From an uncultured Actinomycetes bacterium (GTDB taxonomy: Bacteria; Actinomycetota; Acidimicrobiia; IMCC26256; PALSA-610): a stretch of 64,000 nt of DNA. Both the position numbers and the translations under genes were made by a program. The notes beneath the pieces are model-generated. The model worked only from the letters and a program-made list of their open reading frames with translations. It searched no databases and had not been told where the DNA came from. Shown here piece by piece: positions 43,888 to 53,606 of this stretch. The stretch is from positions 1,112,375 to 1,176,374 of the forward strand of contig CAVPMX010000004.1 in assembly GCA_963706745.1 (NCBI GenBank), in the 5' to 3' direction. Numbering within the stretch: position 1 is the stretch's first letter; every line of letters begins with the position of its first letter.

Positions 43888-45489
43888 CTGAACGATTCCT
43901 GGGAGACCGACGTCGTCGTGATCGGAGCCGGCATCGGCGGCCTCGTGGCCGCCGCCTACCTCCAATCCCTCGGGAAGCGGGTCGTCATCGTCGACAGGCA
44001 CACCGTCGTCGGCGGGAACATCTCGGCATTCACCCACCACGGCTACGAGTTCGACGTAGGGACGCACTACGTAGGCGACTGCCGCCCGGGCGGGGGCATC
44101 CCGTCGATCTACGCAGGGCTCGGTCTCGAGGACCGGATCAGCTGGACCGAGCTCGACCCCGAGGGCTTCGACAACCTCTACTTCTCGGACGCCACGTACT
44201 CGATCCCCACCGGGCTCGACCGGTTCCGCGACCGCCTCCACGCCTGGTTCCCCAAGGAGGGCGCGGGGATCGACGCGTTCTGCAAGCTCGCCGCCGAGAC
44301 CCGCGTCGCCATGGCGGCGATGCGGAACGGTGAGTTCGACGAGCGGCTCGCCGTCCTCCTGCAGCACCGCGACACCACGCTCGGCCAGCTCTTCGGCGAG
44401 CTCGGGCTCTCCACCCGTCTACAGATGGTCCTCGCCGGCCAGCACCTCACCTACGGCGTCGCGCCGTCGCGCGTCTCGGCGCTCCTCCAGGCGATGGTGC
44501 TCGACCACTACATCGACGGGGCCTTCTACCCGCAGGGCGGTGGCCAGGTCCTCACGCAGGTCCTCGCCGAGCACATCCGGTCCGAGGGCGGCGAGATCGT
44601 GCTGCGGACGCCGGTCGAGAAGGTCATCGTCGAGGGCGGCCGGGCCGTCGGGATCCGCATCCGCCCGCCGTCACCCGACCGCGAGCGCGGCGTCCCCACC
44701 GAGGTACGGGCACCGGTGGTCCTGTCGAACGCCGACATGCGCCGAACCGTGCTCGACCTCGTCGGCGAGGAGCACCTCCCGGCCGACTTCGTCTCCCGCA
44801 TGCGCACCATGCGGCTCGCCCCGCCGCTCTTCGTCGCGTACGCGGTCATCGACCGCGACCTCGGCGCCGAGGGCTTCTCGAACGGGAACGCCTACGTCTT
44901 CGGCGACACCGACTTCGACACGGAGTACGCGGCGCTCGCACGCGGTGGTCTGATCGACGAACCGACCGTGTTCTGCTCCTTCTCCAGCCTGAAGGACCCT
45001 GACAACGCCGCACTGTGCAGACCCGGCCAGACGAACTTCCAGATGATGTCGCTCGTCCCGCCCGACTACGGGTACTGGGGCCTGAACGACGGCCCGGTCG
45101 CCGGTGAGCGCTACCGGCAGAGTCCCGAGTACCGCGATCGCAAGCTCGGGCTCGCCGAGCGCCTGGTGAGGTTGACCGAGCGCGCGATCCCGGGCCTCGC
45201 AGACTCGGTCGCCTACCTCGAGGCGGCGACGCCGATGACCCACGAGCGCTTCGTCCGCTCGAGCGGCGGCACGTCGTACGGGTTCGAGCTGACGCCCGAC
45301 CAGACGGCCGACCGCCGACCGACTCCCGTCTCCCCGCTCCCAGGCCTCTACTTCACCGGCCAGAGCATCACGACGGGCCACGGCATCGCCGCCTGCGCGT
45401 CGGGAGGGGTGCTGGCGGCCGAGATGATCAGCGGTGAGCCGCTGTCGGCCGCCATCAGGCGGGGTGAGAGGCTGGTGGGCCGGAGGTAG
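43888..45489 (+). CDS. Phytoene desaturase/retinol saturase family FAD oxidoreductase
   Basis: [37 protein letters not shown]; start approximate. Confidence 0.88.
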   Translation: MNDSWETDVVVIGAGIGGLVAAAYLQSLGKRVVIVDRHTVVGGNISAFTHHGYEFDVGTHYVGDCRPGGGIPSIYAGLGLEDRISWTELDPEGFDNLYFSDATYSIPTGLDRFRDRLHAWFPKEGAGIDAFCKLAAETRVAMAAMRNGEFDERLAVLLQHRDTTLGQLFGELGLSTRLQMVLAGQHLTYGVAPSRVSALLQAMVLDHYIDGAFYPQGGGQVLTQVLAEHIRSEGGEIVLRTPVEKVIVEGGRAVGIRIRPPSPDRERGVPTEVRAPVVLSNADMRRTVLDLVGEEHLPADFVSRMRTMRLAPPLFVAYAVIDRDLGAEGFSNGNAYVFGDTDFDTEYAALARGGLIDEPTVFCSFSSLKDPDNAALCRPGQTNFQMMSLVPPDYGYWGLNDGPVAGERYRQSPEYRDRKLGLAERLVRLTERAIPGLADSVAYLEAATPMTHERFVRSSGGTSYGFELTPDQTADRRPTPVSPLPGLYFTGQSITTGHGIAACASGGVLAAEMISGEPLSAAIRRGERLVGRR

Positions 45490-45609
45490 GCCCCACGCCC
45501 TTCCGACCGTGGTTCGACGTACCTTGCGCCCTCCAATGCCCCCTCAGGGAACTCACGGGCACGATCTCCGTACGGACCTCTCCGGATCACGAACGACGAC
45601 GGGGTCCGG

Positions 45610-45683
45610 TGGGCGGTAGAGGACTCGAACCTCCGACCTCATGCGTGTCGAGCATGCGCTCTAACCAACTGAGCTAACCGCCC
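45610..45683 (-). tRNA. tRNA-Val(GAC)
   Basis: GGGCGGTTAGCTCAGTTGG...CATGC-TCGACAC-GCATG...GGTTCGAGTCC...ACCGCCCA. Confidence 0.93.
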
Positions 45684-45853
45684 CGGGAAGGGGCAAGGCT
45701 ACCAAAGACGCGCACGCCGCCCCGCTGCGGCCCGAGGGAACGGGTCGTGTCGCCGTCCCACCTTCTCATGGCGCCCTCGCGACTTCTTCACAGATGGACA
45801 ACATCTCTCGGCCACGATGGTCGGGACCACCTCGACCTGAGTGAAGGACCCGG

Positions 45854-46618
45854 ATGAGACGCCTCATCGCCACCGCCACCACTGCAGCCGTCCTCGTCGG
45901 AGGAACCGTCGCCGCGGGCGCGGCTGTCAGATCGGCCGGTCGCACCGAGCAGGGTCTCTCGCCAGGGGACGAGCAGCCGCCCGACCGGCGGGCGGTACTC
46001 CGACGACGCGTCCTGGCCGAGGCCGTCCGTGTGGCGGCCGAGACCATCGGCGTCGAACCGGCCGAGCTCGTAGCCGCCGTCCGCTCCGGCACCCCAGTCG
46101 CGGAGGTGGCCACCCAGCGCGGCGTCGACCCGGAGGCGGTTGTGGGAGCGCTCGTCGCGGCGGCCGAAGGTGGCATCGAGCGGGCCGTCGACACCGGTCG
46201 AATCGGCGTCGAGCGAGCCGCCACACTGCGCGAACGCGCCCCGGACATCGCGGCGCGACTCGTCGACGCAACCCGGCCGCCCGGATCCAATCAGTCCCCG
46301 ACCGCCTCGCAGCCGCACGCGTCGCTCCGTCGCCGAGCCTTGCGGGCCGCCGTCGAGATCGCCGCACAGACGATCGGCGTGGAACCGGAGTCAGTGGTGC
46401 GGGCGCACCGCGCCGGACAGTCGGTCGGCGACCTCGCGACCGAGAACGGCGTGCTGCCGCAGACCGTGATCGACGCGCTCGTCGAGGCCGCCGCCGGCCG
46501 CCTCGACGAGGCCGTCGCCCGTGGCAGGCTCGACGCCGTGCGGGCCTCCTCGATCATGGAGCGCCTCCCGGACCTCGCCCGGCGCCTCGTGGAGGCGCGA
46601 AGGAGCGATGCCGTGTAG
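45854..46618 (+). CDS. Secreted hypothetical protein with two ~80-aa internal repeats
   Basis: Signal-peptide-like N-terminus; AAxTIGVEP...G.S/PV...GV.P..V..ALV.AA occurs twice. Confidence 0.7.
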   Translation: MRRLIATATTAAVLVGGTVAAGAAVRSAGRTEQGLSPGDEQPPDRRAVLRRRVLAEAVRVAAETIGVEPAELVAAVRSGTPVAEVATQRGVDPEAVVGALVAAAEGGIERAVDTGRIGVERAATLRERAPDIAARLVDATRPPGSNQSPTASQPHASLRRRALRAAVEIAAQTIGVEPESVVRAHRAGQSVGDLATENGVLPQTVIDALVEAAAGRLDEAVARGRLDAVRASSIMERLPDLARRLVEARRSDAV

Positions 46619-46798
46619 GCGAGGCACTCCGCGGCGGGCCACGCGCCGCCGCATCGGCTGCGGGGACCGCCGGCCTCGGCCGCTCACACGGCACTGACCG
46701 CCGATCCGAGCCGTCCGCGCAGACCCCGCAGTCCGCGCAGCGACTACGGTCGCCGCCGAACACCACTTCTGCGAGGGCTTCCGGAGGCTGCGTCGCCT

Positions 46799-48285
46799 AT
46801 GGACCTGACACTCGGCTTCCGTGAGCTGCTCGACGCGCTTCCCGACGCCATCGTCATCTCGTCGCCCGAGGGGTGCATCCTGCACGCGAACCGGCGCGCC
46901 GCCGAGCTCACCGGGTTCGCCGCCGCCGATCTCGTCGGACGCCCGGTCGAGGACCTGGTGCCGGAGCGGATGCGCGACACACACCTGCACCGCCGGTCGC
47001 TCTCGGGTGGCCGACCGGCCGCATCCCGGGCCATGGACGCCGGCATCGACTTCGTTCTGCTGCGGGCCGATGGGCGCGAAGTGCCCGTGGACATAGCGCT
47101 GAGCACGCTGAAGACCCCGGACGCCTCCTACGTCCTCAGCTGCCTCCGCGACGTCACCGACCGACACGAGACCGCGGCGAGGCTCCGCGCCGCCGTCGAG
47201 GTCAACGACGCGCTCCTCGCCGGGCAGGACTCCGACGACATCCTGCGGCTCGTCTGCGCCCGCCGCGCGAGCTGGTCCACGCCGATCTCGCGACCATCGC
47301 CGCACCGACCGAGGGCAATGAAGCGCTGACGATCCGCGTCGCCGTGGGTCGCTACGCCGACCGGGTCGAGGGCATGGTCTTCTCGTACGAGCAGTCGATC
47401 TCTGGAACCGTCATCCGCCGCGGCAAGGCCGAGGTGGTCGAGGACGCCGCCGCCGATGACCGCGTCTACCAGCCCGTCGTGGCAGTCGGCGAGATCGGTC
47501 CGGCGATCATCGTTCCACTTGCGGTCCGCGGCAGCGCGTTCGCGACGATCCTCGTCGCCAATGCTCGTGGGGGCCAGGCCTTCGACAAGCGCGAGCTGGA
47601 GCTCGTCGAGATGTTTGCTGCCCAGGCAGCGGTCACGCTCGAGTACGCGAGGGCGCAGCAGGAGCTCAGGCGCCTGATGGTGTTCGAGGATCGGGAGAGG
47701 ATCGCGCGCGACCTGCACGACACCGTCATCCAGCGCGTCTTCGCGATCGGGATGTCCCTGCAGGCGGCCTCCCACCTGATGCCGCCCGAGCTGGCAGCTC
47801 GGATAGACGACGCCGTCGACGAGCTCGACACGACGATCAAGGAGATCCGCTCGACGATCTTCGCTCTCGAGACTGCTCGGCGCGGCGGCGAGGGTGTCCG
47901 CGCCGACGTGCTGGGCCTCATCGGCGAGGCGTCACGCGGCCTCGGCTACGAACCGCGGGTGATCTTCGAGGGTGCCATCGACTCCTTGCTCTCAGTGGAG
48001 GCCGGCGAGCACCTCCTGGCGTCGCTACGCGAGGCGATCTCCAACGTCGCGCGTCATGCGCGGGCGACGCGGGCGGAGATCAGCGTCACTACGAACGACG
48101 GGGAGCTGCACCTGAAGGTCTCGGACGACGGCGTGGGGACCCCCAACGAATCCACGCTCCGCGGGTTGGGCCTCCGCAACATGGCCGAACGCGCCCGCAG
48201 CCTGGGCGGGAGCCTCGAGATCTCCTCCCCGGCCCGCGGGGGCACCGTCCTCGACTGGCGCGTCCCGCTCGACCGGACCGGCTGA
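46799..48285 (+). CDS. PAS-GAF sensor histidine kinase, HisKA_3 (DosS/DosT-like); frameshift near 47262
   Basis: PAS (LLDALPDAI...N..A..LTG), GAF, DRERIARDLHDTVIQR, REAISNVARHA, DDGVG, GLGLRNM. Confidence 0.88.
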
Positions 48286-48413
48286 CCGCCCCGAGCCCCC
48301 GAGGGCCTCACTCCGGGATCCGATACCCGGCAGCTCCCACCCGAACCGACCCGGCCAGGGTCGCCGTACCCGGGAGCAGGGCGGTCGGTCACGCTGGAAT
48401 GCGAGCGCGCCTG

Positions 48414-48854
48414 CTACTCGTCGCCTGCGAGGCCGGCCCGTCGAGGCCCGAGCACCCTCCAGCGGGCCTCGGCCGTCGTCAGCAGCACTCCGTCGGCATC
48501 GCGCAGCTCGGCCTCCACCCAGACAGAGGGCCTCTCGACCCTCGTCGCCCTCGCGACTGCGACGAGGGGCGCCTCCACCGGGGCCGGCCGCCGGTACCTC
48601 AGCGAGAGCTCGACGGTGACGATCGCCATCTCGAGGTCGGTGTCGTCGACGGCGGCGTGGACGGCGAAGCCCATGACCTCGTCGAGGACCGTCGCTTGGA
48701 TGCCGCCGTGTGCGATGCCGGGACCGCCCTGGAAGTGGGCCGACAGCTCGACGTCGGCGCCGACCCAGCCCTCGGCGCGCACCGTCGTTCGGACCTGCAG
48801 GCCGTGGGGGTTCCCAGGGCCGCACCCGAAGCAGGTGCTCACCGCCTTCTCCAT
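48414..48854 (-). CDS. PaaI family thioesterase
   Basis: CFGCGPGNPHGL, GIAHGGIQATVLDE. Confidence 0.88.
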   Translation of the reverse strand: MEKAVSTCFGCGPGNPHGLQVRTTVRAEGWVGADVELSAHFQGGPGIAHGGIQATVLDEVMGFAVHAAVDDTDLEMAIVTVELSLRYRRPAPVEAPLVAVARATRVERPSVWVEAELRDADGVLLTTAEARWRVLGPRRAGLAGDE

Positions 48855-49062
48855 GGCGGGGCAGAGTACCGACAGCCACGCGTGGCATCCGAGCCGTGGG
48901 ACGGGCGGACGACGACTCCCCGCCGGCGACTCCGCACCGGTGCGTGGACCGCATCCGGTTCCGTTCCGGGCCGCGAACCCAGAGGACCCCGCCCAGGAGC
49001 AATGCTTTGCCTCGACCGACTGCCTGGCGTACAACGGCGCTCGACACCGACAAGGGAGGACG

Positions 49063-50436
49063 ATGACCGACGTCTCCGCTCTGCTCGCCGGCACTGTGCC
49101 GGCCGGTCACCTGCTGATCGGCCCGCAAGTCTCGGACGACTACTCCCACGACGAGTGCCTGACGGCGGAGCCGCAGATGCCCGCAGCCGTCGTCTGCCCG
49201 GAGACCGCCGCCGAGGTCGCGGCGATCCTGCGGGTCGCGAGCGCGAACGGCCTGCCGGTCACCGCCCGAGGCAGCGGGACCGGGCTCTCCGGCGCCTGCA
49301 TCCCGCAACCGGGCGGAATCGTCCTGTCGCTCGAGCGAATGAACAGGATCCGCGAGATCGACACCCAGAACCACGTCGCCGTCGTCGAGCCCGCGGTCAC
49401 CCTCACCGACCTCGACGAGGCCACCTCGGCCGTCGGGCTCGTCTACCCCGTCTACCCGGGCGAGATGGGCGGGTCGCTCGGCGGCAACGTCGCCACCAAC
49501 GCCGGCGGGATGCGAGCCGTCAAGTACGGCGTGACACGACACCAGGTGCTCGGCCTCGAAGCGGTGCTCGCCAGCGGCGAGATCATCCGGACCGGGGGGA
49601 AGTACGTCAAGGCCACGAGCGGCTACGACCTCACGCAGCTGATAACCGGCTCAGAAGGCACGCTCGCCGTCGTCACAGAGGTGACCGTCAAGCTGTACCC
49701 GCGCCCCGAGCACCAGACCATGGTCGTCGCACCGTTTGCGAGCCTCGCCGACCTAACCGGGGCCGTACCGCGCATCGTCACCAGCGGCGTCGGACCACTC
49801 GTTCTCGAGTACGCCGAGATGGGTTCGCTGATCGCCATAACGGGCGAGGCGGGGATCGACCTCGGAATCCCCTCCGACGTGCGTGAACGCGCCTTCGGGT
49901 GCCTGCTCCTGGTCGTGGAGGGGCACATGGAGGACCGGGTCGAGGAAGACGTCGCCACCGCCTGCGAGCTGCTCTACGCGCTCGGAGCCATCGACGCCTA
50001 TGTCCTGCCCGGGCACGCCTCCGCCCAGGTGCTCGACGCCCGCGAGAAGGCGTTCCACTTCGCCAAGCGCGCCGGGGCGCACGACATCGTCGACGTCGTC
50101 GTGCCGAGGGCGTCGATAGCCCCGTACCTCGCGACCGTCGCCGACCTGGCCGCGCAGCACGGGGCCCTGGTGGCGGGCCTCGGCCACGCCGGTGACGGGA
50201 ACGTGCACCTGTCGGTCTTCCAGCCCGACGCCGAGCGCCGATCGAGGCTGATGCGCGGGATCTTCGAGGCGGGCCTCGCCCTCGGCGGGGCGATCTCCGC
50301 CGAGCACGGGATCGGCTCGGAGAAGCGCGGCTACTTCCTCGATCTGGAGGACCCCGTCAAGATCGACTTGATGCGGGGGATCAAGGCCGCATTCGACCCG
50401 AATGGCATCCTCAACCCCGGAACCCTCCTCGACTGA
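49063..50436 (+). CDS. FAD-binding oxidoreductase (GlcD/D-lactate dehydrogenase family)
   Basis: RGSGTGLSG, GGNVATNAGG, GSEGTL, GHAGDGNVH, SAEHGIG. Confidence 0.92.
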   Translation: MTDVSALLAGTVPAGHLLIGPQVSDDYSHDECLTAEPQMPAAVVCPETAAEVAAILRVASANGLPVTARGSGTGLSGACIPQPGGIVLSLERMNRIREIDTQNHVAVVEPAVTLTDLDEATSAVGLVYPVYPGEMGGSLGGNVATNAGGMRAVKYGVTRHQVLGLEAVLASGEIIRTGGKYVKATSGYDLTQLITGSEGTLAVVTEVTVKLYPRPEHQTMVVAPFASLADLTGAVPRIVTSGVGPLVLEYAEMGSLIAITGEAGIDLGIPSDVRERAFGCLLLVVEGHMEDRVEEDVATACELLYALGAIDAYVLPGHASAQVLDAREKAFHFAKRAGAHDIVDVVVPRASIAPYLATVADLAAQHGALVAGLGHAGDGNVHLSVFQPDAERRSRLMRGIFEAGLALGGAISAEHGIGSEKRGYFLDLEDPVKIDLMRGIKAAFDPNGILNPGTLLD

Positions 50437-50453
50437 CCCCCCTCGCTCCACCA

Positions 50454-50514
50454 CCCCCCGTTCTTGCGTCACTTGCTCGCAACTATCGCGAGTAAGTGAC
50501 GCAAGAACGGGGGG
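50454..50514. repeat. REP-like palindrome copy 2
   Basis: CGTTCTTGCGTCACTTGCTCGC-AACTATC-GCGAGTAAGTGACGCAAGAACG. Confidence 0.9.
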
Positions 50515-50606
50515 GTGGGGTTGGGATTCCTAAACCGGGATATCCTGACTAGAGTTGCGAGCAACTGGTATCCCGCACTCGCGCGCAGTCACCCGAGGGG
50601 GCAGAC

Positions 50607-53445
50607 ATGGGCATCGCAGGCCGCACCACCGACGCTTTCAGGGGATCCGAGGATCAGTACCGGACCCGGTGGTCGTGGGACAGCGTCACGTGGGGCACCC
50701 ACTGCGTCGACTGCTACCCGGGGAACTGCCCGTACAAGGTCTTCGTGCGCGACGGCAAGGTCGTGCGCGAAGAGGTGGCAGGCAGCCACCGCACCATCGA
50801 GGAAGGCGTCCCCGACTTCAACCCGATGGGGTGCAACAAGGGCGCGTCGTGGAGCCAGAGCCTCTACGACGGTGACCGCCTCGTCTACCCGCTCAAGCGC
50901 GCAGGCGAGCGCGGCGAAGGCAAGTGGGAGCGCATCACCTGGGACGATGCCTGCACGATCATCGCCGACGCGATGCTCGACGCGATCGAGGCGGGTGGCC
51001 CCGAGGACATCGCGAGGGAGGGCACCCCCGAGATCGCAACCGTGGCACCCACCGAGAGGTTCTTCGGGACGATCGGCGGCCGCGCGATGGATCTGCACGC
51101 GTCGTTCAACGACTTCTCGATCGGCCTGCACGAGACGTACGGCAAGTTCTGCCCGGTCTCCTCGGGCGACGACTGGTTCAAGTCGGAACTCATCCTCATC
51201 TGGCACATGAACCCCGCCTTCACCCGCATCCCCCTCTACCACTTCATGCTCGAAGCCCGATACCACGGCGCCGAAGTCGTCTCCATCTCCCCCGACCTCA
51301 ACGCATCACACATGCACGCCGACTACCACGTCCCCGTCCCATCGGGCAACGACGTCCCCTTCGGCCTCGCAATGGTCCAAGTCATCCTCGAAGAAGGACT
51401 CGAGGACAAGACCTTCATCCGCGAGCAGACCGACCTCCCGTGCCTCGTGCGCACCGACAACAACCGGTACCTACGCCAGACCGACCTCGAAGGCGACGGC
51501 CGCGAAGACCAGCTCTACCACTGGGACCCCACCACCGGCGCCCCCACGAAAGCCGACCGCGGCAACCTCCTCCTCCACGGACGCGAGATCGCCCTCGAAG
51601 GCACCTACAACGTCACACTCCACGACGGCACCAAGGTCGAGGTCGAACCCGTCCTCGCACGCCTACGTCGCATGCTCGACGAGCAGTACACCCCCGAGAC
51701 CCAACAGGCCACCACCAACATCCACCCCGACCTCGTGCGCACCATCGCCCGCAAAGCCGCCACCAAGAAGACCAACATCATGTTGGGCTGGAACTCCTGC
51801 AAGTACTACCACGGCGACCTAATCGAACGAACCATGTGCCTCCTCCTCGCCGTCACCGGCAACTGGGGCAAGTTCGGCACCGGCATCCGCTCCTGGACCG
51901 CCGGCGTCATCGACGGCCAGGGAATGCTCATGGCGAAGCAGAGCCCCGGCGTGGAGGCCACCGAGCAGATCCTCACCATGCACGACACGATGGTCGACGC
52001 AATGCGTGCCGACGACCCGTCGCTCACATCGAAGGAGCTCGCGGCCAAGGAGATGCAGATCCGCATCCGCCAGGCCTCGGTGGAGTTCGCCAAGACAGAC
52101 GACGAGAACGACCCGTACGGGCGTCGCGGGTCGACGCCGTCGGTCGAGGCGTTCTGGTGGTACTGGCAGGCCGGCTACAAGGAGCGGTGGAACGAGAAGG
52201 ACTGGGGCGACAACACACTCCCCCGCAGCTTCGACGAGTACTTCGACGAGGCCCTCGCTGTCCGGGTGGTGGGCGGGTGTCGACGGACCGCGCCCCGACA
52301 CGCCGCCGAAGGTGCTGATCGAGTGCGGCGGCAACATGCTGCGCCGCACCCGCGGCGGCAAGACCGCTCTCCTCGACACGCTCTGGCCGAAGCTGAACCT
52401 GATCGTCTCGATCGACTTCCGCATCAACGCAACCGGGCTCTGGTCAGACATCCTGCTGCCCGCAGCCCAGCACTACGAGAAGCTCGCCTACCACATCCCC
52501 ACCCCGCACCAGATGATGATGACCTTCTCCGACAAGGCCGCCGAGCCCGCCGGAGAGGCCCTGCCCGAATGGGAGATCTACCAGCGCATCCTCAAGAAGT
52601 TCGAGGCGCGCGCGAAGGCACGCGGCATCGAGAACTACCAGACGCGCGACGGCGTACCGTTCAACACGCAGGACGCCTGGGACCGCTACACGATGGGCGG
52701 GAACATCGTCACCGAGGAGCAGATGGCCGACGAGATCGCCCGCGACGCGGCGTACATCGGCGTCATCCCCGAGGGAACGACCCTGCAGACGATGCGCGAG
52801 GAAGGCCATGTGCGCATCACAGGCTGGGGGATGTCGTTCTTCAGCCTCGCGCAGGCATCACCCGTCGAGAAGGAGCGCACGCACGCTCCGTTCCGCAACC
52901 ACGTCGAGATCGGCGACCCGTTCCCGACCTACTCGCGGCGCGCCCAGTTCTACATCGACCACCCGTGGTGGCTCGAGGCCGGCGAAGAGCTACCCGTCCA
53001 CAAGTCGAACCCGAAAGCCGGAGGCGACCACCCCCTACGCATGACCTCCGGGCACAACCGCTGGTCGATCCACTCGATGAACATGGCGAACCCCGTCCTG
53101 CTACAGACCCACCGCGGCGAACCCGCCGTCGAGATCAACCCCGACGACGCAGCAGCCCGCGGAGTGGCCGACGACGACCCGATCCGCATCTGGAACGACA
53201 TCTCGTCGTTCGTCTGCCGGGCGAAGATCGTCCAAGGCGTCATGCCCGGCCAGATCATCTCCTACAACGGATGGGACCCGCACCAGTACCAGGACAACAT
53301 GGGAGCCAACGAGATCGAGGCCGGCATGGTCAAGTGGATCGCCTTCGCCGGCGGCTACGGCCACATCAACTACACCTCAGCGGAGTGGCAGCCGATCCCC
53401 ACCGACCGCGGCGTCCCCTGCAACTTCGAGAAGGTCACCGCCTAA
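50607..53445 (+). CDS. DMSO reductase family type II molybdoenzyme alpha subunit (EbdA/S25dA-like), copy 1; +1 frameshift near 52259
   Basis: GTHCVDCYPGNC...PMGCNKG FS0 motif, SFNDFS (likely Mo-ligand Asp), DILLPAAQHYEK, HNRWSIHS. Confidence 0.85.
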
Positions 53446-53458
53446 CCCCCTCCCCGCT

Positions 53459-53509
53459 CGTTCTTGCGTCACTTACTCGCAACTATCGCGAGTAAGTGAC
53501 GCAAGAACG
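53459..53509. repeat. REP-like palindrome copy 3
   Basis: CGTTCTTGCGTCACTTACTCGC-AACTATC-GCGAGTAAGTGACGCAAGAACG. Confidence 0.9.
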
Positions 53510-53606
53510 GGGAGGTGGGGTTGGGATTCCTAAACCGGGATATCCTGACTAGAGTTGCGAGCAACTGGCAACCCGCACTCGCGCGCAGTCACCCGAGGGG
53601 GCAGAC

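Noticed and set aside
38402-45683. Genomic island bounded by tRNA-Val direct repeats
   Set aside because: Both are complete tRNAs with different anticodons, the interval holds housekeeping aceE, and there is no integrase.
50515-50606. Moco riboswitch upstream of the Mo-enzyme genes
   Set aside because: The region is short and no recognisable Moco RNA architecture could be identified by eye; an Rfam scan would be needed.
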